Shown here piece after piece: positions 1-13,938 of a DNA stretch of 64,000 nt. Each line of letters begins with the position of its first letter. Positions within the stretch are counted from its first letter, which is position 1. Position numbers and translations under genes: made by a program. The notes below the pieces were generated by a model that was not told where the DNA came from, searched no databases, and saw only the letters and a program-made list of their open reading frames with translations. Location of the stretch: sequence record PP813861.1; one strand, 5' to 3'.

Positions 1-1443
1 TAGTGTTGCGTATTCTGGTGACATATCGGTAATAAAGCCATTAACTAAAGATATAATCTCATTTGCATCATCACGAGCACCTTTCCAAATAGCTTTAGAC
101 CTACGTAGCTCCATGTCCTCAATGCCCTGTGCAACCTTCTTCAGTTGTTCAAGGACATCTTTTTCAGCTTTAAATAGATCACCTAAACGACGAATAGCTT
201 CTTTATTAACTTCTAATGTTTTACGCACTTCAACAGGAGACCTTGGCTCGATCGTGATTGTATCTGGACCATCACCATGTTTATCTTCACCAAGTCGTGG
301 AGCATATTTATCTTTCTGGAATGTAAGTTTACTATTACCAGGTAGAGAAGTATCTTTTACTTTATCTAACTGATTAGCTTCACCAATAAATTCAAAAGCC
401 TCTTTAAACTTATCTAGTTCATTATCTTCTAAGTCGTAGTCTTTAATTAATTTAACTACTTTATCAATGTTTGATCTAGCTATATTTGGCCATTCTTTAG
501 CTAGAAATTGACTAACTTTTGTTTCATTAGTTAAATCGTCTAAAACAAATTCATCACCAATGAATAACATTTTAGGATTGTCAATTTTAATTGACATATC
601 AAAATCAGGTGTTACCCTTTCATTTGATACGGTTGGCTTATTGATTAAACTTTTCGCTTTTTCAATTAACTCATCAGTTTTATCTTCAACTGATTTGATT
701 CCAGTTAGTATACGCTGAGCAGCTAATTTCGCTTGTTCAATAACATAGAGTATTAAAGCTAATATCTTTTTACCTATACTTTCAATACGTTCTTTTATTT
801 CTTCTTGAGAAATATTTACAAAACGCATAGCGCTGCTAGGGGTTGCATTAAAATCTTCAATACTAATCTTTTCAAAGCCGATAAGCTTATCAATTGATTC
901 TAATGTAACGTGCATAAAAGCAGCTGATTGTTTAGTAATACCTCTATCACCAGCGGTATTTAATAAATCTATAAAACATTCTAAACTAGTACGCGCATGC
1001 AGTAATTGATTTAGCTGATATGTCATGTTTTGAGATGGAGGTGTATCATACGCAAAGATATTTAAATGATCATCATCACTATCTAAATCTTTACCATCCA
1101 CTGGTGTAGGTCTATTATCAGGACTTTCTCGGGTATCATGGGGTGATGCTGGATATTCTTCTGATGCGACGTATGTTTTACCAAATGAATCAACTTCAGT
1201 AACTAAACCACGATCTGATTTCCAATGGATATTAGGTTTATGTGCTTCTTCAACATCTAACCCATTATTAGTTGCTTTTACATCATTTGGTAATTCATCA
1301 ATTAATTTGGCAGCTTCTTCTGGTTCTTTAGATATTTGCTTGTCGTCTGTAGCAGCGTGCTTTAGTTTGGCTTTCGCGACTTTTTCTTTTACTTCGACAA
1401 CACCATAACCTTCTAAACTATCAAGTAACTTATTTAAGTTCAT
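1..1443 (-). CDS. Inner-head (ejection) virion protein, gp94-like, paralog of the gp93 family; runs off the window edge
   Basis: Not in the ORF track. ATG at 1443 (MNLNKLLDSLEGY); the lines I checked are open toward base 1. Contains GITKQSAAFMHVTLESIDKLIG and ISQEEIKERIESIGKK, matching GISRQAAAFMHVGMESIDRILG and ISLEDLKEKLKEAGKK of 1513..2820. Confidence 0.85.
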   Translation of the reverse strand, partial: MNLNKLLDSLEGYGVVEVKEKVAKAKLKHAATDDKQISKEPEEAAKLIDELPNDVKATNNGLDVEEAHKPNIHWKSDRGLVTEVDSFGKTYVASEEYPASPHDTRESPDNRPTPVDGKDLDSDDDHLNIFAYDTPPSQNMTYQLNQLLHARTSLECFIDLLNTAGDRGITKQSAAFMHVTLESIDKLIGFEKISIEDFNATPSSAMRFVNISQEEIKERIESIGKKILALILYVIEQAKLAAQRILTGIKSVEDKTDELIEKAKSLINKPTVSNERVTPDFDMSIKIDNPKMLFIGDEFVLDDLTNETKVSQFLAKEWPNIARSNIDKVVKLIKDYDLEDNELDKFKEAFEFIGEANQLDKVKDTSLPGNSKLTFQKDKYAPRLGEDKHGDGPDTITIEPRSPVEVRKTLEVNKEAIRRLGDLFKAEKDVLEQLKKVAQGIEDMELRRSKAIWKGARDDANEIISLVNGFITDMSPEYATL

Positions 1444-1475
1444 TTACAATTCCTCAAGAATACTTAATTACATAG

Positions 1476-1508
1476 CATAAGAGGAACCCCGAAGGGTTCC
1501 TCATTATG
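1476..1508. terminator. GC hairpin flanked by CATAA/TTATG
   Basis: GAGGAACCC-CGAA-GGGTTCCTC between the gp93-like stop and gp94-like start. Confidence 0.7.
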
Positions 1509-1512
1509 TTTG

Positions 1513-2820
1513 TTACTTCTCATCATTCTCAGGTGCTTTAGAAGTTTCTTTGCCGTACGCAGCTAATTCATGTTTAACAATAAATGTATACTGCGCAGCG
1601 AGGCATTTAGCAATATAGTTAACTAGTGCACTATTATCAATACCACCAATATTCAGTGCATCACGCGCTGTTTCTTTTGACATGCCTGCTTCGTCAGGAT
1701 TCCAATCAGCTAGGGCCTTTTCAAGATTCTCAGCAATCTTGTAATCAATCTTATTAAAGTCCTGTAGTTTAATAACAAGACCTTTAAGAATATTAAGATG
1801 TGCTAAGATTTTACTCGGTGCACGGACATCAACTTCAACTTCATGTAGATCCGTTTCCCCATCACCCTCAACAACTTCCCACTTATTCACACCTGACTTA
1901 GAAGAAGTAACTTCTAACTTAACATTACCAGGAGCTTTCTCAACGGCTTTATTAATATCTTCAGCCATCTTAGCTTGTAAATCACTGGTGACTTGATCAA
2001 TATCAATAGACTTGTCACCTTTGAGATAACGTACTCCAAGTTCGCCATATTTCCTAAGAGCAGATACATACTGAGTTGAGAATACAGTCATGAAGTCTGC
2101 AATAGTCTTCGGATTATTTGCAATAAAGCCACTACTAGATACCATATACTCAGAAGGAGTGAACTTAATCTCTTCTTTCTTTAGATCACCGGCTTTGAGT
2201 GATTTAATAGCATCAATAGTTTTAGTAATACGCATATCGAGTGCAATCAGCTTAGGATTAAAATCTTTAATCTTCTGCTTTATCATTGCAACAATCTTCT
2301 TGATAATCTCTAAAGCTTTCTTACCTGCTTCTTTTAGTTTCTCTTTGAGATCCTCAAGAGAGATAACAGCTGCTTTCTGAATAGCGCTGCGTGGAGAAGC
2401 ATCGTAATTCTCAAGCGCGGCAGTGAGTCCAGATTTTCCAATACCTAGGATACGATCGATTGATTCCATGCCAACATGCATGAAGGCAGCTGCTTGTCGA
2501 GAGATACCATCTTCACCAGCTTGAAGTAAAAGACCTTGGAACTTTTCAAGTGCTTCTTTAGCATCTTCAATTAGCCCTAATTCATCTTCAGCTTGAACAA
2601 TAGTTACTTCAGTATCTAATGCAGTTGGTTGAATAGCATCATCTGCATCAAGAACTTCTTCTACGGGATTATTTTCAATCTGATCTACTTCTGCTAAAAC
2701 GGATGATACATCAGCAGAAGTTTTATTTTCAACGACTAATTCAACATCACCATGAATCGTAGTGCCTTGATCTTCAATTGATTCAAGTGATAGTTTGTCT
2801 AGCATTTTAAGTAGAGACAT
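1513..2820 (-). CDS. Inner-body/inner-head protein, phiKZ gp93-like
   Basis: 435 aa with an acidic propeptide and SLE/ALE motifs typical of head-protease (gp175) substrates; synteny. Confidence 0.8.
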   Translation of the reverse strand: MSLLKMLDKLSLESIEDQGTTIHGDVELVVENKTSADVSSVLAEVDQIENNPVEEVLDADDAIQPTALDTEVTIVQAEDELGLIEDAKEALEKFQGLLLQAGEDGISRQAAAFMHVGMESIDRILGIGKSGLTAALENYDASPRSAIQKAAVISLEDLKEKLKEAGKKALEIIKKIVAMIKQKIKDFNPKLIALDMRITKTIDAIKSLKAGDLKKEEIKFTPSEYMVSSSGFIANNPKTIADFMTVFSTQYVSALRKYGELGVRYLKGDKSIDIDQVTSDLQAKMAEDINKAVEKAPGNVKLEVTSSKSGVNKWEVVEGDGETDLHEVEVDVRAPSKILAHLNILKGLVIKLQDFNKIDYKIAENLEKALADWNPDEAGMSKETARDALNIGGIDNSALVNYIAKCLAAQYTFIVKHELAAYGKETSKAPENDEK

Positions 2821-2825
2821 GTTAA

Positions 2826-4148
2826 TTACCTTACCTGGGAGGGATTATTTACTTGTTCTTGCGTAGGTCTTTGAATTGGACGCTGGTAAGCTTTTAATTC
2901 TAACTCGGTCACGAATACTAGTCGACCCATTACTCTGACTAAACCAGCAAGAGCATTACTAAAATCTGTTACAACGCGACTTACATTATTGATCATTAAT
3001 GTAATTGAATTAATGATATTTGAGATAGCAGGGATGCCATCAGGTGCATCAGGATCTTGAACTTTTGCTTGACGATTTCGCATATTAGATTGTTGTGCCC
3101 GAATCCTACCAGCTTGTTGACGATTAGTCTCGGCTAACTGCATTAACCTACCAAATTCAAAATCTAGTTTAGTTGCATAATCTTTTCTAGCATCTATACG
3201 TTTAGCCATTTCGCTTAATAATACTAACCGTCTTCCAATTGAACTCGTATCATTAACCTTAAAGGTATTGTTACCTTCAGGTGCATCCTTCATAGTAGGA
3301 ATAGTATAAAACTTAAAGGCAAAATCACGGACAGTATTTACTAAAAAATCCCAATCCCTGATCTCTTCAGTCTGTGTTTCAGTTGGCCCTGCGCCAAATA
3401 AAGTCTTATTACCTTGAACTGGCATACTACGATAAACTGTAGAACTTACTCTAAATCTATCATCTTTCTTAATAGGTACTGCACCCTTCATCCAGTTCTT
3501 AACATTAAACTTACTAAAGTCTTGTGCAGCTCTATCAGTCCATTTTTCATCAAATGATAATTTCCTAAGGATATCCGCTACAGATTGGATATACAAGAGT
3601 AGGGATTTATCATAGAAAGCTATCAAGTTGTTAACTTGCATGAGTATCGGATCAACTGTAGTCGGTTCGAATTTACCATCAATACTAAATCGTTTAGTAT
3701 TTTTAAATTTTAATTCTTGCTTAAATGGCTCATGCTTAATATTTTCAGCTCTTTCTAAAAGCATGTTTATTCGTTCAAGAGTACGTTGATTACCTTGTGT
3801 AATAACACGTGCATACTCTTTTAACTCATCTCGATGCTTTGCTTGGGATTTTTTCATTTCATCCCAGGTATTTCGTGCTGTCTTAGATAGGTCTTCTAAT
3901 GACACATTCTCAGTTTTTAGAATGTGTTCACTAACAACATCTTGGTTATCTGCATATTTTTGAAATAAGCCATCGGTATAGGTTTTAACTAAAATGTCTT
4001 TTTCAGTGCATTCTAATCTACTTTGAATATCTTCAATTGATGGCAATAATTCTTTTAGATATCCATCGCATGTAGCGATCATATCGACGGGGCTGTCCCC
4101 GTCGATTGATTCAAGTAAGACCGAATGACTAAGTGAATTATTAGTCAT
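2826..4148 (-). CDS. Virion head protein, gp92-like
   Basis: 440 aa, LLE/SLE motifs in the N-terminus; position in the head-gene cluster. Confidence 0.7.
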   Translation of the reverse strand: MTNNSLSHSVLLESIDGDSPVDMIATCDGYLKELLPSIEDIQSRLECTEKDILVKTYTDGLFQKYADNQDVVSEHILKTENVSLEDLSKTARNTWDEMKKSQAKHRDELKEYARVITQGNQRTLERINMLLERAENIKHEPFKQELKFKNTKRFSIDGKFEPTTVDPILMQVNNLIAFYDKSLLLYIQSVADILRKLSFDEKWTDRAAQDFSKFNVKNWMKGAVPIKKDDRFRVSSTVYRSMPVQGNKTLFGAGPTETQTEEIRDWDFLVNTVRDFAFKFYTIPTMKDAPEGNNTFKVNDTSSIGRRLVLLSEMAKRIDARKDYATKLDFEFGRLMQLAETNRQQAGRIRAQQSNMRNRQAKVQDPDAPDGIPAISNIINSITLMINNVSRVVTDFSNALAGLVRVMGRLVFVTELELKAYQRPIQRPTQEQVNNPSQVR

Positions 4149-4157
4149 AGATAGTCC

Positions 4158-4703
4158 TCAGTCCTTATCTATTACTTCTACAGATCCAAATAGTAGATGT
4201 AGGGTATACATTAGATCATTCATACCGTTTTTGTGTTTAACCCAATTCTGGATCATTGAAACAGTATTTAGATCTAATTTTAACTCATTAAAGAGAGTAG
4301 CAATTTCAGCGCGCGGTTCAATGAGTTGTGCACCAGCATCTGGTTCAGTAGCTAGTAACATTGGCCATTGGGTAATTGAAATACGTCGATGACCCGTAGC
4401 AATGTATCGAACAGTATCTAATAGGAATTGATAATTATAACTATCGATATTACTATTATTGTCCTGTAGAATAAACCAATTATAGTTTCCGCTAAAAAGA
4501 CGGATAGCACAAGCTAGGACTTTCTTATGGAATTCCCAATATGCCGTTTGTGCAGGAAAGTTGGTAAAGATAAGATATAGTTCTTCAACTTGAGGATCAC
4601 CGGGACGAGCAGTGAACCGTGAAATGGCCTGTTGTTGACCACCTGAGTAATTACGACCAAATGGGCGTACAGCATTAGTTGCTGGCATATCAATGCCCTC
4701 CAT
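4158..4703 (-). CDS. Virion-associated hypothetical protein, gp91-like
   Basis: 181 aa ORF coupled to the upstream gene (stop/start overlap at 4703). Confidence 0.6.
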   Translation of the reverse strand: MEGIDMPATNAVRPFGRNYSGGQQQAISRFTARPGDPQVEELYLIFTNFPAQTAYWEFHKKVLACAIRLFSGNYNWFILQDNNSNIDSYNYQFLLDTVRYIATGHRRISITQWPMLLATEPDAGAQLIEPRAEIATLFNELKLDLNTVSMIQNWVKHKNGMNDLMYTLHLLFGSVEVIDKD

Positions 4704-5635
4704 TAGTGACCAAGAGATAGTAGATCACGATGGTTAGCAAAGAACTCAGATGCGCGATCTTGGATCATACCTAGGCGATAGTTATAATCAGAGATACGAA
4801 TTTCATACTCTTTAATAAGCTTCTGTAGGCGTGCATCCACTTTACCATTACTTTGCATTTCCCGCATTTCTTGTAAACGTAGCTGAAGTGCAAGGAATTC
4901 TTGCTCAGCTTCTTTAAAACGTTCAACCTGATACTCAGCTAAGAACTTGCCAAATAGCACGAACGGGTTCTGACGAGGTGAGAAGCCATCCATGTTAAGT
5001 GGATCACGTTGAGCTATAGAGAGAGCACTCACAGCTACATCATAAGTACCTTCATTGACTTCAGCACTAGATGCACGGCTTAAGCGTTGTTTCAGTTCAT
5101 TAGTCTTAAGACTCATTGCTGGATACAGAGTAATGAATTGCGCCATATTAGTGTATAGCCATTCTTTCTCAGCACGAGATGATTTTAATTCAGTAGCCTT
5201 ACCTAATTTCATTGCTTCTTGTGCAATTAGATTTAGTAGTAGTTTACGGCCATAACGAATATAGAAACTAAGACCATCAACAAAACGTAACATGTTTGCA
5301 CGGTCAAAGGTTAGATTAGAGTTAGTAAACTGAATAGCAAATAAACGCCGGATTTCGCTTTCGATCATATCAAAGCTACCACGAATATTTGAAAGAGTAT
5401 CCAGTACTAGTTTAATCGGTTCAGTATTAAAACTAATCGCTCGCCGTAGTTCAGTAGATAACCGCATACCTAAATCTGATTTAAGTTGCATATTACCAAA
5501 TACTTCACCTACATCGTCAATAATTGGTGCGAGAGTTGCATCATATTCTTCACGTAATGAACGGATTTGATTTAATAGTTCACGACGTTCAGTAACTGGT
5601 GCGAGTTCACGTACATAATCAATAATTCTCATCAC
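4703..5635 (-). CDS. Abundant inner-head protein, gp90-like
   Basis: 310 aa, helical; synteny with gp89. Confidence 0.75.
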   Translation of the reverse strand: MMRIIDYVRELAPVTERRELLNQIRSLREEYDATLAPIIDDVGEVFGNMQLKSDLGMRLSTELRRAISFNTEPIKLVLDTLSNIRGSFDMIESEIRRLFAIQFTNSNLTFDRANMLRFVDGLSFYIRYGRKLLLNLIAQEAMKLGKATELKSSRAEKEWLYTNMAQFITLYPAMSLKTNELKQRLSRASSAEVNEGTYDVAVSALSIAQRDPLNMDGFSPRQNPFVLFGKFLAEYQVERFKEAEQEFLALQLRLQEMREMQSNGKVDARLQKLIKEYEIRISDYNYRLGMIQDRASEFFANHRDLLSLGH

Positions 5636-5642
5636 TCAGTCC

Positions 5643-6806
5643 TTAAATATTGGTAGACATGGTTTTATTCATCATTTTAAAGATCTCAGTGATATCCGGA
5701 CCTTTATTCTTTTCAGCCATTTTAATTTCATCAAGTCGGTGAGATGTAGATAGATCAACCCCACGATGATAAATAGTTACTCGCTCATAACGGTCATCAA
5801 TAACAACAAGCATCATTAGATAGCTATTGTCAAAGATCTTTTGCCGAGTGGCGAAATCATCAATACGACCATAAAGAGAATTAGAAGCAGCTTTAAGAGT
5901 TGAAGTTGATACAATCGCGATATTTGATGCATCTGCTAATGAAACCGTACCACTGCGAACTGATTGTTTCCAGTTGTTACGGCGGCGATCGGTGATTTGT
6001 TTATAAACACCTGATTTATCATTCATTAGAATGCGATAATGTTCATCGATCATATCTTGACCTAGAACGAAGTCACGCCAGAATTTAATTTGACCAGTTT
6101 TTACTAGAAATAGGCGATGTAGCCAAGTATCTCGTCCACCAGCACTAAAGATGTGCGCAATAATCTGAGGACTAACAGCGGCTGGAATTAAACGGATCAT
6201 AACAGGAATTTTAGCTTTCTGCTTTCCTGATTTAACATCAACGTTAACCAGCTTACCAACGGCAAGGTTTTCAACTTCATAAATCTTTTGTGTATCACCA
6301 CTAGAAATACTTTGTGCACTTGTACTTTCGTCATTCGCTTCCATTGAAGCTACCCAACGCTCATGTGAGTGTTCAGCGACGATATTTGGTAAATGCACAG
6401 GCTTCTCAAAAGACTCTAATGAAGGAAGACCATCAGAATACTCTTCGGCAGAGAATACACTAGTGCGAGTTACACCTGTACGGTTAGGATTAATAGTATC
6501 GAATACTTTTAAAGTATCAATCTTATCCACACCTAGAAGCATATTAACAGCTTGTAGATAATAACCAGTAAAAGACGATGAAACAAATTTCATAACGTCT
6601 TTCATGTAAGGTTGATCAACTAAGGTTTGGTCTACGATGACCAATGGTTCAACACGAGTTGGACGTGCTAGATCGGTTAGAGAAGAAATCTCTACACCAT
6701 TTTTAGTGGCTTGTAGGACAGTCTGCATTAGACCACGTACACCTTGATCAGCAGCAACAGTCATCAGAGCAGAACTTACTGCTCCGGCGATTACAGGTAA
6801 TGGCAT
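5643..6806 (-). CDS. Inner-body protein, gp89-like
   Basis: 387 aa with SAE/SLE/SME processing motifs near residues 120-160; divergent from gp88. Confidence 0.75.
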   Translation of the reverse strand: MPLPVIAGAVSSALMTVAADQGVRGLMQTVLQATKNGVEISSLTDLARPTRVEPLVIVDQTLVDQPYMKDVMKFVSSSFTGYYLQAVNMLLGVDKIDTLKVFDTINPNRTGVTRTSVFSAEEYSDGLPSLESFEKPVHLPNIVAEHSHERWVASMEANDESTSAQSISSGDTQKIYEVENLAVGKLVNVDVKSGKQKAKIPVMIRLIPAAVSPQIIAHIFSAGGRDTWLHRLFLVKTGQIKFWRDFVLGQDMIDEHYRILMNDKSGVYKQITDRRRNNWKQSVRSGTVSLADASNIAIVSTSTLKAASNSLYGRIDDFATRQKIFDNSYLMMLVVIDDRYERVTIYHRGVDLSTSHRLDEIKMAEKNKGPDITEIFKMMNKTMSTNI

Positions 6807-6842
6807 TTTTCTCTTCCTATATGGGTTTGCAGAGAGTTATAA

Positions 6843-10814
<3,972 letters not shown>

Positions 10815-10817
10815 GGT

Positions 10818-10848
10818 CATAAGCCCTCCCCTAGGGGAGGGCATTATG
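10818..10848. terminator. Bidirectional hairpin between convergent genes
   Basis: CATAA-GCCCTCCC-CTAG-GGGAGGGC-ATTATG. Confidence 0.75.
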
Positions 10849-10855
10849 TTGTATT

Positions 10856-12145
10856 TTACATTGCATAACCACGTTTAAAGTCATCGATGACTTTATCAAA
10901 TCGACGCTGCCATTCGCGAATAGCATCATTGAAGCCATGGATCTTATAATCTTCACTAACTACTTGTGCACACTTACCATAATAGTTAAGTACGCAACTA
11001 GCTGCTAGATATTGTGCTTGAGAATATTCAAACATCGTATCAGTAATACGACGCATACCTTCAAGGGAAGTGTTGATTAATTGAACAGACTCACCAATAG
11101 CATCAATAGTTTCTTGACTATAATTACGTGATAGTTGCTTTAACTTACGTAGAGTATCACTGCTATTGCGATATGCTTTTAACAAATCATCAAGTGGTGC
11201 GACAAAACGATCTTTTAACAGATGTGAGTTTTTCCAGAAATTCTTATCAGGGAAATCTGGAATGCTTGAACGATCAGGATACACTGTAGATAGTTCATTG
11301 CACCGGGTAGCTAGTTTACCAATCTCACGGATATTAGCGATAGGCATAAGTGCACGATAATCATCACCATTGTAATTAACATATTCAATGATAGTGCCAA
11401 CTAGCTTTTCCATTGTACCTAGTTCAGTACGTGCTTCATTATTAATATTAATGATTTCTTTCTGGTAGTATACACTACCAAATGCAGCAGCATATACACG
11501 ACTAGCTAGGATTTTAGGATCATCAATGATTGATTGTGCAATTGCATCAAACTTTTCTAGTAGCGCATCCTTTCGATTACCTAATCGATTTTTAACTAGT
11601 AACTCTTGAAAGAGAGTACGTGCTTGATCAACTGCCCGGACAATCTTTCCATAACGAGTTGCTACAACAACATCGCGCTTCTTAAAATCACTAATCCAAC
11701 GCATCAGCTTAGCAAATAGTTCCATTAGTTTCTCAAACCAAGTCTTAAGAGTATTAATGATGGTAGCCATCACTGCCTCTTGAGAAATAGTCACATTAAG
11801 AGTACTACGGGTTGGTGTAAACATAGAAGCATATTGCTCAAGTGAAGCTACTGCTTTCTTAGGAGCTTCAAACCCTTCAGTGCTCATGCGCTTAACTAAT
11901 GCTCGAATACCATCAACATCTGGTTTTGATACGCCTTCAAGTTTAGTGATTGCATAAATATCAGATAGCTGATGAATCGCTTCGACAGCTACACACATCT
12001 TAGCTAAAATTTCAGGAGCCGAGGCACTTGAAACAGTCTCTTCTTCGCCTTCAACCATCTCTGGTTGGTTCTCATCAAAGAAAAGTTTTTCCTCTTCGAC
12101 ATCTACTTCTTTAACATGAGACATGGGTTTAACCTCACTCATCAA
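10856..12145 (-). CDS. Virion head protein, gp86-like
   Basis: 429 aa, acidic N-terminus with STE/SLE/SQE motifs. Confidence 0.65.
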   Translation of the reverse strand: MMSEVKPMSHVKEVDVEEEKLFFDENQPEMVEGEEETVSSASAPEILAKMCVAVEAIHQLSDIYAITKLEGVSKPDVDGIRALVKRMSTEGFEAPKKAVASLEQYASMFTPTRSTLNVTISQEAVMATIINTLKTWFEKLMELFAKLMRWISDFKKRDVVVATRYGKIVRAVDQARTLFQELLVKNRLGNRKDALLEKFDAIAQSIIDDPKILASRVYAAAFGSVYYQKEIININNEARTELGTMEKLVGTIIEYVNYNGDDYRALMPIANIREIGKLATRCNELSTVYPDRSSIPDFPDKNFWKNSHLLKDRFVAPLDDLLKAYRNSSDTLRKLKQLSRNYSQETIDAIGESVQLINTSLEGMRRITDTMFEYSQAQYLAASCVLNYYGKCAQVVSEDYKIHGFNDAIREWQRRFDKVIDDFKRGYAM

Positions 12146-12584
12146 TACTACCGATTAATTGATTTAATGCATTACCCATGTCTGCTTGGATACGGTTATA
12201 ATCTGGGCCATTAACAACGGCAGAGACAATATTGATATCATCGACAGTTAGATAATCATTAGCGGTATCAGATGTCAGTACAGCTTTGACAAGACATGGA
12301 TCAGTAATACCGTTGATAAGACTTTGGCGAATGCGAAGAATATTGTTAAAATATGTTACGGCTAGTTTAGTATCAACTGCAATATTCTCATTAACTTTAC
12401 TTAAGATTTTCTTAAATTTAGCAACAGCTTTATCCTGTTGTTCATTGAAATCAAGTAAAATCTCAAATGGAATCTGTAATGCCACCGCATTAGCTAGGAG
12501 CATTGCGCGGGTTTTACGATCAGAACCACCTAAGTTAGGCAGTTGCTTTAGAATACGGGAAAGTTCAAAACCTAATTGTTGCAT
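12135..12584 (-). CDS. Virion protein, gp85-like
   Basis: 149 aa, overlapping the gp86 start; synteny. Confidence 0.6.
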   Translation of the reverse strand: MQQLGFELSRILKQLPNLGGSDRKTRAMLLANAVALQIPFEILLDFNEQQDKAVAKFKKILSKVNENIAVDTKLAVTYFNNILRIRQSLINGITDPCLVKAVLTSDTANDYLTVDDINIVSAVVNGPDYNRIQADMGNALNQLIGSIDE

Positions 12585-12595
12585 GATTTTTCTCT

Positions 12596-13837
12596 CTATT
12601 TAGTTAAGCGGTAGGCTCTTACAAATAAGTCATTATTTAATAGACTTTCTAAAGTATCTTCTAATTCAGTAGCCCGTTTATCTTTACGACGCCGGGGACT
12701 AAGGAAATCTAAAATTTTATCAAAAATGGTCCACTCATTAGCTAAATCATTTATCAATGAATCAATTACTTTAATGTCATCATCAATTCCTGGTTTTAGT
12801 GATGAGTCCTTTACCCATTTAAGTTGTGCTACTAGATCTTGTTTAATTTTCATTAAACGTTGTCGTTGTTTGTCATAACGTGAACTAATTGGATCATATC
12901 CAACTTTTAAATTACCGGCAATGATACCTAGTGTAACAGGTAAACCAATGATCATAAATAGACCTTTGAATACCTCAGCAGTAATATGGCTAGAAACAGA
13001 TTTATATTCACGGTCATTATAATACCGACCTGATTTAGTTAATGCCGTTGCCAGTGGCCTTCCATAACCTAATCGAGTGGCGAATAAATCAGCTAATTGT
13101 TCATCGCGTTTACGTGATTGAACATCACCAGTTAAATGCGGACGTTGCGCTTTCTTAAATGATGATAGAATGACTTTACGAATATTTCCTTCAGTCCTAT
13201 CATTAGCAAACTTCTCATAATCGGCTGGATCAACGTTTTTCTTTAACCATGTTTCATCCAATAATTGAATCTTATACTTATTAGCTTTCCTACCCTGTAA
13301 GATAAGTATACCTTCAGTAAGTGCATAGTTAAGATAGACGTAGTCACCCATTGTAGCCAGTGTTTCCCAACAATGCCCAATTTCATGTAATGTAATGGCA
13401 GTAGCTTCTGCTATACTAACACGGTTAATAGCCGATAATAAACCAATAGATAAACCGACCTTGTATTTAAAAGTTGAAACAGCCTCACCCGTAACTTTTA
13501 AATTTGTTAAATCAATATTAATGAATGTATTGACACCTTGCTCAGTTGCTAAAGTAACTCGATTAATATTGTCAAATTTACTACCAGTATGTCCAACTGT
13601 AAAGGATGTGTATGCACCACCCATTATACCCTGATCATCCAGGTGTGTAAACTCTATATTCATATTGAGGATCTTAGAAACATCATCACTCAGTGACCTA
13701 AAATCATTAATATCTATTCTCTGTTGATTATCTAATTTATCACGAATCTTGGTTAGATGTTCTTCGATCAATGGACCTAAGTCACGCTTAACATTCACAT
13801 CTAACACTTCATTAGAGATTTCTATCGTATGTAGCAT
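12596..13837 (-). CDS. Virion protein with zinc-metallopeptidase motif, gp84-like
   Basis: ITLHEIGHC (HExxH) plus downstream DEQLADLFA (ExxAD), a gluzincin-type signature. Confidence 0.65.
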   Translation of the reverse strand: MLHTIEISNEVLDVNVKRDLGPLIEEHLTKIRDKLDNQQRIDINDFRSLSDDVSKILNMNIEFTHLDDQGIMGGAYTSFTVGHTGSKFDNINRVTLATEQGVNTFINIDLTNLKVTGEAVSTFKYKVGLSIGLLSAINRVSIAEATAITLHEIGHCWETLATMGDYVYLNYALTEGILILQGRKANKYKIQLLDETWLKKNVDPADYEKFANDRTEGNIRKVILSSFKKAQRPHLTGDVQSRKRDEQLADLFATRLGYGRPLATALTKSGRYYNDREYKSVSSHITAEVFKGLFMIIGLPVTLGIIAGNLKVGYDPISSRYDKQRQRLMKIKQDLVAQLKWVKDSSLKPGIDDDIKVIDSLINDLANEWTIFDKILDFLSPRRRKDKRATELEDTLESLLNNDLFVRAYRLTK

Positions 13838-13938
13838 TTTATATCTCTACCAGTATTAATTTATAATCATAAAGATAAGGCTGCGTTGTATAGAATTCAA
13901 TCTTATGCACTACGTATTATAAAAGAGGCGCACACAAA

